DNA of 64,000 bases from a virus: positions 9,744-73,743 of IMG/VR virus record IMGVR_UViG_3300029827_000121; one strand, written 5' to 3'. A model generated the notes under the pieces. The model searched no databases. It was not told where the DNA came from and saw only the letters and a program-made list of their open reading frames with translations. The position numbers were made by a program, and so were the translations under genes. Each line of letters opens with the position of its first letter. Positions within the stretch are counted from its first letter, which is position 1. Positions 20,197 to 29,512 of this stretch are shown here, piece after piece.

Positions 20197-20841
20197 ATGA
20201 ACATTATGATAATTCTCCCTCCTAAAGACATTTCATACCTAGATGATATTTTATTGGAGAACAATTTATTAAAGATTCTTCCGGCGCATATTTACGCGGC
20301 ATTGCCGCCGGAAGATTTAATGCTGTACGGACATTTTAACGGCATTTACTGTTTCCCGACCATTGAACTGGCGGAATGGTTATCGGAGAGAATAAATATC
20401 GCTTCCACTATTGAAATCGGGGCGGGACATGGAGCGCTGGCGCGTTATCTGAAAATTCCCGCGACGGATTCAAAATGTCAGGAACGTCCCGATGTCAAGG
20501 CATATTATATTAGTACCGGTCAACCCCTAACCAAATATCCTGAGGACATTATTGCTCTTGATGCGGTTGATGCGATAAAAAAATACCAACCCGAAACGGT
20601 AATTGGTTGCTGGGTCACTCACAAGTACAAAAAGACTGAACATGATCGCGGCGGCAATATATATGGTATCGATGAAGAATTTATATTAAAAAACGTCAAA
20701 CAATATATAGTTGTCGGGAATGAAAACGTTCATGGAAATAAGAAAATCTTGAAAATTAAACATAAAGAATATCAATTTTCTTGGCTATACAGTCGTGCGA
20801 CGAATCCCCGGAAAAATATCATTTATGTCTGGAATTTATAG
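20197..20841 (+). CDS. SAM-dependent methyltransferase-like protein
   Basis: TIEIGAGHG motif I. Confidence 0.6.
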   Translation: MNIMIILPPKDISYLDDILLENNLLKILPAHIYAALPPEDLMLYGHFNGIYCFPTIELAEWLSERINIASTIEIGAGHGALARYLKIPATDSKCQERPDVKAYYISTGQPLTKYPEDIIALDAVDAIKKYQPETVIGCWVTHKYKKTEHDRGGNIYGIDEEFILKNVKQYIVVGNENVHGNKKILKIKHKEYQFSWLYSRATNPRKNIIYVWNL

Positions 20842-21039
20842 ATCGGTTTTTTAATATCCGTTATCATTCTGAATTCCCATTTTTTACGTTGACAATATTC
20901 ATAGACTTGTTTATACGGCCATCCTTTCATATACTGAATAATCGGTGCGCTATCAATAACATGATCATCTATTATTTCACCGCCAGCGCAAAAATAAGAA
21001 GCTTTAATTTGAAAAAGCACTATGGCGTTGCTTTTCTGT

Positions 21040-21480
21040 TTACGTTAATAGTTTTTGTGAAATATCCGATAGCAACTGGTATTGTTTCGATCCATATAAA
21101 TTAACCGATATTGGCGAGACCAACAACTTCAAATTCCGCTGATCTTCCACCGTTCTCCATCTCTTGACAATATCCTTTTCCGCTGCTTTATAAGCCATAT
21201 AATCGGATACATGGTGTCCGTAACACATTCGGAGAAAGTGTACATCGTCTTTTTGTTTCGCATGAGAAGACAGAATATATCCTCCGTATACCGACATTAC
21301 ACCGATGCCATTATATCGCATTAATTTAATAAGGCGTCTGATACGGGAAGGCTTGCAGTGCATTTTGTTCGCCAAAACTATTGCCGATCGATAAATGGTC
21401 GGATCGGCTTGTAAAATTTTTAATAATCTTTCCATGCCTTCTTCCGTTGCCTTTCGAACTGCCATTCGAACTTGATTCAT
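21040..21480 (-). CDS. Winged-HTH DNA-binding protein
   Basis: SAIVLANKMHCKPSRIRRLIKLMR..GIGV...GGY. Confidence 0.7.
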   Translation of the reverse strand: MNQVRMAVRKATEEGMERLLKILQADPTIYRSAIVLANKMHCKPSRIRRLIKLMRYNGIGVMSVYGGYILSSHAKQKDDVHFLRMCYGHHVSDYMAYKAAEKDIVKRWRTVEDQRNLKLLVSPISVNLYGSKQYQLLSDISQKLLT

Positions 21481-21511
21481 TAGTGCTCCTTAATGAGAAG
21501 TGAATTGAATA

Positions 21512-22252
21512 TTATAAAAACAGAGTTGAATTCAGGGCGCTTGCTTCTTTGGAAGCGGTAATGAGCGCGGCGGCGCACTCTTTGTAGAATTTCGCTTTCT
21601 TTAATAAATCAATCACCTCTTTGGCATCCTGAGGCGAAAGAGATTTCAGTTGTTCAACTAACTTTTGTGGTAAAATAATATCACTATCACTATCGGTAGC
21701 AGGATCGGAAGGGATATCAGTTATATTAGGCGATTGAAAAGTTCCGGCTGACCTTCTTTTTTTAGAAACACATTTATATATATCATCTAATAAAATAATT
21801 TCATACTGATCTTTCAATTTCTGTCGAACCGCATATATTAAAGTATAAAGCATAGAATTGTTTTTTAATTTTAAAGCTGACATAAGAATATTTTTATTTA
21901 TTCCTTCATTCGACTCCAATAAAAGATCTTTTAATATGTTTGATTTATTTATTCCGTCTTTCAGGGATCGGGCGACTCTTCTTGTCAAGTCACCATTATT
22001 TTCCTTATTGCTTGTGAATAACTCCGGTTCCGGAGAAGAATCGGTATTGTTCCGTTGCATTATATATCTTCCGTTTTTATCGGCAATGAAATCAAATTGC
22101 GGAAATTTTACCCGTGCGCGTTTAATCGTTGAATACGTACTCTGTGTACTGCTATGGCCAAAACGCGTTTTTAACTCTTCAATAGAAAATCCCGCAGGAT
22201 TTTCTTTTAACAATTCAAACAGTCTATCGGTACTGCTGACTAATTCCGCCAT
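21512..22252 (-). CDS. Tandem winged-HTH regulator (repressor candidate)
   Basis: Two similar HTH units (FSIEELK..STYSTIKRAR; INKNILM..MLYTLIYAVR); divergent from replication genes. Confidence 0.6.
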   Translation of the reverse strand: MAELVSSTDRLFELLKENPAGFSIEELKTRFGHSSTQSTYSTIKRARVKFPQFDFIADKNGRYIMQRNNTDSSPEPELFTSNKENNGDLTRRVARSLKDGINKSNILKDLLLESNEGINKNILMSALKLKNNSMLYTLIYAVRQKLKDQYEIILLDDIYKCVSKKRRSAGTFQSPNITDIPSDPATDSDSDIILPQKLVEQLKSLSPQDAKEVIDLLKKAKFYKECAAALITASKEASALNSTLFL

Positions 22253-22338
22253 AAACCCTCCTTTATTGATGATGTTTCCGTCCGACGGACAGGGAATAAA
22301 ACAAGAAATTAAAAATGGATAATTTTTTACTTTTTTTG

Positions 22339-22505
22339 TTGACTTATTTATTGTTAAAATAATATAATCTAATTATTTGAGTGACGGTCTGGCAGGACCG
22401 TCACCCTTGGAGAAAAAGGGCGGAACCGCGAAATTCCTAATAAGCCATGAGGCTTTTATACCCTTTTTGTATCCTAATATATTCTTTAATTGATAGGTCA
22501 GTCAA
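22339..22505. promoter_or_regulatory. Face-to-face promoter pair with central hairpin (putative genetic switch)
   Basis: Rightward TTGACT-18-TATAAT (22339-22368); leftward TTGACT-18-TATATT (22505-22476); GTGACGGTC/GACCGTCAC stem at 22381-22404. Confidence 0.55.
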
Positions 22506-23287
22506 CTTTATTTTCAATTTTTTTTTCAACTTTTTTTTCAATAAAAATGGAAAGTCGGATTTTCGAATGGCGGAGATAAGAACCGGCATCCCGGTACAAA
22601 TAAAGCGAAAAGGACGCAAGCCCCTGTTTGACGACAAAATTAATTGTGTCGCGGGATGTCCGGACAAATATCTCCATGAACGAAAAAAAAGTAAAACGGA
22701 AGCCATCAGGCATCGTGCGATCATGCTTGGCTTTTCCGTGCAAACATTCGCCGCGCCTGAGGGCGGATGGAATATCAGAATTTTGCAAGTCGAAGAGAAA
22801 GCAAGCGATGAAAGCAAATCGGAATAAACTGGTTCGCGCATATAATCAACCGCCTCTCAGTGAGAAGACAAGTGCTTTCCGTCTTCGTGCTGATGCGCTT
22901 AACTGTTCAGGAAAACTCACCCTCATGAAACTCTTTCTTATGATTGTTCTTTGTTCAATTGTTTATATAATAATCCTTTTTTTAATTCTATCATTATTCA
23001 ACTTAAATATCAATAAAAATGTGAACCAAGAAAGGCGGCAGCGCGTGGAAGAGAAAGACATTCTTAATCAGACTTGCAAACCGTGTGCTTATCTGCACAA
23101 TGAAGGTCCGTTACCACTTTGTTTGTCTCTTGAGAGAAGTTACTATCATGCCTCAGGCCAAAGTCTCTTCCCGGAAGCGCATGAATGCGGTAAAGGCAGA
23201 TGCATTCATTATAAAGAAAGTCAGCTATTATTGAGACATAACGGAAAAAGATATATGGAAAGTCTGATTGGATAAACTGCATAGTGT

Positions 23288-24052
23288 ATGGCGCGTCCGA
23301 AAAAGGAAGGACTTGACGTTTTTCCGCTTGAAGTGACATTCAATGATACGGTTGAATCAATGATTGCAATGCATAAAAATGGATTGACATGGTTAATACG
23401 ATTCTGGCAAAGCGCGTATAAAACAATGACGGGAACGGTTGATCTGCGGGGACCATTTACCGAACTGTTCCGGAAAAAATGCAGTGTAACACCTGAGGAA
23501 CACGAGGCGATTCTCGCGGATGCGATAAAAAACGGAATTTGTCGTGAAACGGAAAAAGGGGTATATATCTCCCCGAAGGCACAGGCAACGCTTGCCGACA
23601 AAGCGAAAAGACGTGCCGCCGCGACCAAACGGTTGAAAAAACCGACGAAACCGCTGGTCCCTATAAAGGAAAAAGAGGAAGAGAAACAGAAACCCGTACC
23701 GCGAAAAAAAAGAAAGGCCCGGATTACCGTTCAATATCTCGATACCGTCTATCTGACCGATGAAGAGTATGAGCGATTAAAGAAAGAACTTGGCGAACGA
23801 TTTCTTAAAGCATGCATAAAATATCTCGATGAATACTTGACCAATAACCCGAAGAAACGCAAACAGTATCAGGATCACAACAAGGTTATCCGCAATTGGG
23901 TGATCGACAAAATACGGGAAAGAATGCAACCGGCACCGGAAAAGGAACCGGAGAAACAAGTGAGCATGACCGATGATGAGAAACGAGAACAAATTGCCGC
24001 AACGGAAGACGTCGTTGCCGGAGTCCTCAGAAAAATCGGAAGAACCGTTTGA
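23288..24052 (+). CDS. Phage replication initiator-like protein
   Basis: MARPKKEGLDVFPL N-terminus (DUF4373-like); C-terminal VYLTDEEYERL...YQDHNKVIRNW; precedes recombination genes. Confidence 0.7.
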   Translation: MARPKKEGLDVFPLEVTFNDTVESMIAMHKNGLTWLIRFWQSAYKTMTGTVDLRGPFTELFRKKCSVTPEEHEAILADAIKNGICRETEKGVYISPKAQATLADKAKRRAAATKRLKKPTKPLVPIKEKEEEKQKPVPRKKRKARITVQYLDTVYLTDEEYERLKKELGERFLKACIKYLDEYLTNNPKKRKQYQDHNKVIRNWVIDKIRERMQPAPEKEPEKQVSMTDDEKREQIAATEDVVAGVLRKIGRTV

Positions 24053-24275
24053 TTATGACGCGGCGATCGCACGGATAATGGAGCAATGGGGCGAACACCG
24101 CAGAAAACCGGTGGAAGAGCATTGGGCCAGTAGGATATGACGCCCGTTCCGTCGCGCGACCGCCGCCGACGCAACGGCAATGACATCGTGAAAGAAACAT
24201 GTCCCGAATGCGGTGCGCCGTGGGACCGGGAGCACAACCGATGTACCGCTAATTGTCAATCAATGGAGGTTTTTG

Positions 24276-25175
24276 ATGAGCAAATTGAAAGCGAAAGATC
24301 CTGAAGAAGTCAAACAGGGTAAGGCGAAAGGACTTCTTTTCGGAGCGAGTGGAGTGGGAAAAACATGGTTTTCCCTCACATTCCCAAGGCCGTATTATAT
24401 CGATACCGAAGGGGGAGCGGACGGAGTGGAATACCAGAAACGTCTCAAAGCGGCGGGAGGCGCGTACATGGGACCGGAGGAAGGAGCGCTTGACCTTTCG
24501 GCAATCGTTACCGAAATGCAATCGCTTGCCACCGAAAAACATAATTACGGTACGCTGGTGATCGATTCGATCACGAAAGTTTATCAGACTTGCATCGCCA
24601 ACGAGGCGGAGCGTCTCGCCGAACGTGATGTCTTTGGCGCGTCGAAAAAACCGGCGATCGCGCAGATGCGCCGACTTGTCAATTGGTGTATGAAACTTGA
24701 CATGAACATCTGGTTCATCGCGCATGAGACGTCGGAATGGGGTACCAATCCCCGAACCGGACAACGGGAAGAGACGGGAAAGTGTCCCGACGTATGGGAA
24801 AAACTCGTTTATGAGCTTGATCTGGGATTGCGGGTGATCAAACGCGGCACCGTCTATCCGCCAACGGCGATCGTTTATAAAACGCGCCTCGCGGGTTTTC
24901 CCGATCAGGAAACCTTTTCCCTCGATTACGAGGAGTTTTCGAAACGGTACGGCAGGGAGAGTATTGAATCGAATGTAAATCCTATCACGATCGCGTCGGA
25001 TGAGGATGTCGAGGAAATCGAACGGATGGTGGCGCTCCTTAAAATCACCCCTGAGGAAACGACGAAAGTATTGACCAAGGCGGGAGCGGACAATTGGAAC
25101 GAACTTACCGCCGATCAGGCGGCGAAAACAATAGAATGGTTAAACGGCAAATTGAAAGGCGGAAAAAAGAAATGA
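24276..25175 (+). CDS. AAA_24 / Sak4-like ATPase (single-strand annealing recombinase)
   Basis: GASGVGKT, YIDTEGG, LVIDSIT, FIAHE; GGAGG SD before ATG 24276. Confidence 0.85.
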   Translation: MSKLKAKDPEEVKQGKAKGLLFGASGVGKTWFSLTFPRPYYIDTEGGADGVEYQKRLKAAGGAYMGPEEGALDLSAIVTEMQSLATEKHNYGTLVIDSITKVYQTCIANEAERLAERDVFGASKKPAIAQMRRLVNWCMKLDMNIWFIAHETSEWGTNPRTGQREETGKCPDVWEKLVYELDLGLRVIKRGTVYPPTAIVYKTRLAGFPDQETFSLDYEEFSKRYGRESIESNVNPITIASDEDVEEIERMVALLKITPEETTKVLTKAGADNWNELTADQAAKTIEWLNGKLKGGKKK

Positions 25176-25600
25176 GGTTCAAAACCTATTCGGAAAAAGA
25201 TCTACCGAGAAAAATCATCGATAAAGGCGTTTACGACGTCGAAGTGATCGAAGCGATCGATCAGGTAAGTAAAAACGACAAGGAGATGATCCGGCTTACT
25301 ATTGCCGTCTGGTCGGGGGATCGCGTCGTCAACAGAATCTATGACTATCTGCTTGATGAAATGCCCGCTAAACTCCGCCATGCGTGCGATGCTTTCGGGC
25401 TGCTGGCGAAATACGAGACGGGAAGCCTCAGAGCCTTCGATTTCGAAGGTCGTGTCGGTAAAGCGAAAATCGGCATCGAAGTGGATAAAAACGGCGTCTA
25501 TCCCGACAAGAACAAGATCGATGATTACGTGTGCCGTGAAGCGAAACATCTGGCGGACCAGAACAACGCTCCTCCAGCGGATTCCGATCTGCCATTTTAA
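25172..25600 (+). CDS. DUF669-like ssDNA-binding protein
   Basis: GVYDVEVIEA..SKNDKEMI OB-fold pattern, acidic tail DSDLPF; follows the Sak4-like gene. Confidence 0.8.
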   Translation: MRFKTYSEKDLPRKIIDKGVYDVEVIEAIDQVSKNDKEMIRLTIAVWSGDRVVNRIYDYLLDEMPAKLRHACDAFGLLAKYETGSLRAFDFEGRVGKAKIGIEVDKNGVYPDKNKIDDYVCREAKHLADQNNAPPADSDLPF

Positions 25601-26045
25601 CGGTGTTTGGTAAGGTAATGCAAAGGCACCGTGGGGTGATGTATTGTCAAGCACAGGTACAGCACGGTTTTGTTTAGCATAGGCAACGCATTGTTATGAC
25701 ATGTTTTGTTAAGCACAGGCATAGTGAAGCAATGTAAAGTTTTGCACAGGCATGGTGATGTAAGGTTTGGTAAGGTGATGCACAGGCAATGCGCGGTGGA
25801 GTTTCGTTATGCACAGGCACGGTTTGGCAAAGCACGGCTTCGTTTTGCATAGGCGGTGTGGCGTTTAGTAAGGTGAAGCTTGGTCATGCACAGGCAGTGC
25901 GCGGTGAAGTTTCGTTATGCACAGGCAAGGCAGGGTAATGTTTGGCCCAGCACAGGCTAAGCTTGGTGTTGTTTGGTAAGGCACAGGAAGAGCAAAGTGA
26001 GGTTTAGTATAGCACAGGCGAAGTAAAGCATAGTCAAGCAAAGGC
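25601..26045 (+). repeat. Array B: 13 complete (NNNGY)4-7 units separated by A(C/T/A)AGGY; putative guide ncRNA
   Basis: 67 of 68 pentamers end in GY; all 13 units end in GC before the hexamer (GCAHAGG core). Confidence 0.95.
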
Positions 26046-26056
26046 AAGGAGCGCGT

Positions 26057-26260
26057 ATGACGAAAGATTCGCTGATGACTCCCGATGAATTGAGTGAGCG
26101 ATTAAACGTCAGTAAGAAGTTCATCGAAAAATACATGGCGTTACGGCGTCTGCCCGGTATGGTAAAAATCGGGGGAATTTATCGGTTCAGGCGTGCCGAT
26201 ATTGAAAAACGACTGACCGGCGGAGAGTTTTTATTGCCGGAGAGAGGAAGAAAAAAATGA
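26057..26260 (+). CDS. xis: Excisionase / HTH_17 recombination directionality factor
   Basis: LMTPDELSERLNVS...LPGMVKIGGIYRFRRADIE; near int. Confidence 0.85.
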   Translation: MTKDSLMTPDELSERLNVSKKFIEKYMALRRLPGMVKIGGIYRFRRADIEKRLTGGEFLLPERGRKK

Positions 26261-26532
26261 GCTTCTACATTTGCGGCAAAGCCGTAAAAGAGTGTGAAGG
26301 GTGTCCCTCCGCCGTCCCGCACAAATGGAGTCCTCGATGTATGCTCGGCGGCTGCCGGGAATACGCCGACCGGTGGAAAAAAGACATTCCGACCTGTGAA
26401 GAGTGTCCTTTCAAAAACACCTGCGTGAAATACGAACAGGGCAATCGATACGATATGTCGAAAACGCCTGAATTCTGTCCGATATACGCCAGCAAAATCA
26501 TCTATAATGCGGTATGCGTAAAAACATTATAG
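26257..26532 (+). CDS. Cys-rich hypothetical protein
   Basis: ATGA overlap with xis; multiple CxxC. Confidence 0.55.
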   Translation: MSFYICGKAVKECEGCPSAVPHKWSPRCMLGGCREYADRWKKDIPTCEECPFKNTCVKYEQGNRYDMSKTPEFCPIYASKIIYNAVCVKTL

Positions 26533-26623
26533 CAGTATGCGTAAAAGCGTAGAAAATATACCCTCTCCTCCCCTACCTGATACTATATTATACTCAGATA
26601 CCCTCCCTGAAAAGGGAGGAGAT

Positions 26624-27676
26624 ATGCGAGTCTGGTATAAGGATGATGCAAACGGGGTCCGGTGGTATTACGTTGACCGGGCATACCGAAACGGCGCGGG
26701 AAAGGCGCGTCACTTCCGCCGCAAGACGGATAATTTCGATCAGCATTTAAAAAATCAGATCGAAGCCCGTTCATTGACGGGAGATTGTTCTTTGACATCG
26801 TTGCGATTTTCCAAATGCGTGGAACTTTATTTGAACGAGCGCGGACGCGGGGGATTTAATCAGGCGTGTTACGACCGGTCGATTAAGGAGCTGGGTCGCC
26901 TGTTTCCCGACAAACAGATTTTCGCCGCCGGTTACAGCCGGTATGTCGGGAATCTTGAAGGGAGCGACCTTGCGGTCAATACGGTCAATAATTATAAAAT
27001 TATTGTCCGGTCGATCTGCAATTTCGCTTATGAGACCGGTCGGTGCGGTCGGGCCACGGTCAGAGATTGGAGGATCAGGAAAGGCAACGAGCGCAATCGG
27101 ATTCTCTCCGACGGCGAAAAAAACGCCCTGATCAATTATTTGACCTTACATAAATCCCATATACTCGAAGCGGTAAAATTCTCCCTTATTAATCCCATCC
27201 GCAAGGGGGATCTTTTCAGTTTGCAACGAAAAGATCTTCAGATGGATGTCTCGCGATGGGTCGTTCGTTTTCAGGCGAAGAAAACGAGAAATAAAATTCG
27301 GGTGACGATCCTGCCGAATATCGACATGGATTTTGTCCGGTACGCCCATTCGTTGCCGGGGGATTGTCCGTGGCTTTTTCCCATGTTGGAACGGAAAAAC
27401 GGAAAGGTTGTCTGGAAAAAAATCAGCGATCCCCGATGGCATTTCGATACGGTTTTAAAACAGGTGGGGATTTATGATTTCAACTGGCACGATTTGAAGC
27501 ATTGCGCGGAGACGTATTTATTGCGGCAGGGATTCACCTATGAGATGTTGCAGAAAATGGGTATTCAAACGAGTCCGAAGACGCAGCATATTTACGATAA
27601 CCGTCGTCAGATTGATATCATAAATGACGTATTATGTAGCCCTCAGGTAGCCTTTCCGGTACGGAAGACGGCATAG
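26624..27676 (+). CDS. int: Tyrosine integrase
   Basis: IRKGDL (R), K, WHDLKH (HxxR variant), Y in TQHIYD; adjacent attP; GGAGG SD before ATG 26624. Confidence 0.9.
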   Translation: MRVWYKDDANGVRWYYVDRAYRNGAGKARHFRRKTDNFDQHLKNQIEARSLTGDCSLTSLRFSKCVELYLNERGRGGFNQACYDRSIKELGRLFPDKQIFAAGYSRYVGNLEGSDLAVNTVNNYKIIVRSICNFAYETGRCGRATVRDWRIRKGNERNRILSDGEKNALINYLTLHKSHILEAVKFSLINPIRKGDLFSLQRKDLQMDVSRWVVRFQAKKTRNKIRVTILPNIDMDFVRYAHSLPGDCPWLFPMLERKNGKVVWKKISDPRWHFDTVLKQVGIYDFNWHDLKHCAETYLLRQGFTYEMLQKMGIQTSPKTQHIYDNRRQIDIINDVLCSPQVAFPVRKTA

Positions 27677-27879
27677 AACCATTGGTTTTATTGGGTGAAA
27701 CCTACTCCGTCGTAGAGTTGCTAAACCTGCGTAGGGGCAACTCTACCGGAGGTTCAAATCCTCTCCCCTCCGTTTTTTTAACGAATTTGGGCACTTTTTT
27801 TAAAAACCTGCTTTCCATCATGAGTATTTTTATCCTCAAATATACTATCATCAGGGCCAATTGTAGTCTTTTTGTAGCC
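27635..27879 (+). mobile_element. attP: core = 3' half of tRNA-Ser(GCT) (27718-27772) with arm-type repeats
   Basis: TT-GCT-AA loop, long variable arm, GGAGG-TTCAAAT-CCTCT T-arm, CCCCTCCG; no 5' half; paired (T/G)GTAG(C/T)C repeats 11 bp apart at 27635/27646 and 27862/27873. Confidence 0.9.
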
Positions 27880-27932
27880 TCTGAGAACCAAAAAATTAAT
27901 TCGGGAGGGTATCAAAAATAGAGAATCGATAC

Positions 27933-29313
27933 AGAGGCGATGCATGGTATGGTTCAGTATTGTTATGCACAGGCAGAGCATGGTTAAGCCAAGCACAGGC
28001 AAAGCGAGGTAGAGCGAAGTCAGGTGATGCACAGGCACAGCAGAGTAAAGTTAGGTCATGCACAGGCAGAGTGATGTCTAGTAAAGCATAGGCGTAGCGA
28101 TGTGCTGTTATGTACAGGCACAACAGAGTAGAGTTTGGTATTGTTTAGCACAGGCATGGTCTAGTTTTGTTTGGCACGGTAAAGCAAAGGCAAAGTGCTG
28201 TAAGGTGAAGCACAGGCATGGTCTGGTTTAGCTTGATATTGCGCGGCACAGGCAATGTAAAGTGAAGTAAGGTGATGCACAGGCGATGCATGGTATAGCA
28301 ATGTATGGCACCGGCATGGTGCAGTGATGTTCAGTAAAGCATGGGCACGGTGCTGTGAAGTGTTGTATAGCAATGGCAAGGTGAAGTAGTGCATTGTGTG
28401 GCAAAGCCATTGCTTGGTGAAGTGCTGTAATGTCGAGCATAGGCAATGCATAGTGAAGCATTGCTCTGCAAAGGCAAAGCGTGGTTTAGTGATGCAAAGG
28501 CATAGTTTTGTGACGTGCTGTTTCGTAAAGCATAGACTATGCGTTGTGACGCTGTGTATTGCAAATGAAAGGCGAAGTGGTGCATGTCGCTGTATGGCAA
28601 AGGCGAAGTAAGGTGAAGCACTGTGATGCATTGTGGAGCACAGGCATAGTGAAGCATTGTGCAGCATAGGTAAGGCAAAGCGGTGTGTTGTTTCGTCATG
28701 CACAGGCATGGTATCGCGGCGTTTAGTGCGGCAAAGGAACGGCAAAGCTTGGCATGGCGATGGTAAAGCGTTGAGTAGTTTGGCACAGCACCGGCAAAGT
28801 AAGGCGAAGTAGTGTTTAGCATAGCATAGGCAAAGCATAGTGAAGATAAGGAACGCGTCGTGAAGTCAAGCACCGGCAATACATGGTAAAGCACCGTTTG
28901 GCCTTGTTAAGGCGAAGTATTGTGTGGTATGGTGTTGTGGAGCATTGCACAGGTATAGCATGGTGCTGTTATACTTTGTGTAGCGCGGGAAAGGCATGGT
29001 AAAGTAAGGTTGTGCCTCGTGTACCACAGGAATGGCAAAGTGAAGTTATGTAATGTGGGACAAAGGCTGAGTAACGTTAAGTAAAGTGATGCATAGGCAT
29101 GGCAACTCGCGGTAACGTATTGCCCGACGAAGCAAAGGTAAAGCATAGCAATGTGACGCGCAGCGGGGCGAGGGTAATGCATAGTAATGTAATGTGCAGC
29201 GGGGCAGGGGTAATGTGAAGTATAGTTTAGTCGCGCAAAAGCTTTGTATGGATTTGCGTAGTTAAGTGTTGCAAAAGCAGGTCGATGTAACGTATCGTAT
29301 GGAACAGCACTGT
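27933..29313 (+). repeat. Array C1: about 41 (NNNGY)n + AHAGGY units; putative guide ncRNA
   Basis: Continuous pentamer/hexamer parse; ends in a T-run. Confidence 0.95.
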
Positions 29314-29370
29314 TTTTTTTAACCATTTTGGAAAAAACCAATTGGATCAAATAGAAAGGAGATGTTCGCG

Positions 29371-29478
29371 ATTGTAAAGTGCTGTATTGCAATGTGGGGT
29401 TTTGCAACGGCTGAGTTGAGCAAGGAATAGTTTGGCGATGCAAAGGTATAGTGTAGTATTGCTAATCAATGCAAAGGT
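29371..29478 (+). repeat. Array C2: about 3 units directly upstream of the RAMP gene
   Basis: attgt aaagt gctgt attgc aatgt ggggt tttgc aacggc ... aatgc aaaggt. Confidence 0.8.
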
Positions 29479-29512
29479 AAATCAACATTCAATTTTATCA
29501 GAAAGGTTTAGT

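Noticed and set aside
26624-27676. The integrase as the integron integrase for the cassettes
   Set aside because: It has xis and a tRNA-type attP, lies 30 kb away, and I see no IntI-specific insertion
27682-27921. 79-aa ORF or a complete tRNA-Ser after int
   Set aside because: It overlaps the attP core; only the 3' half of the tRNA is present
29432-29512. 27-aa N-terminal extension of the RAMP ORF in the ORF track
   Set aside because: It lies in array C2; the SD and the RAMP beta1 strand point to ATG 29513
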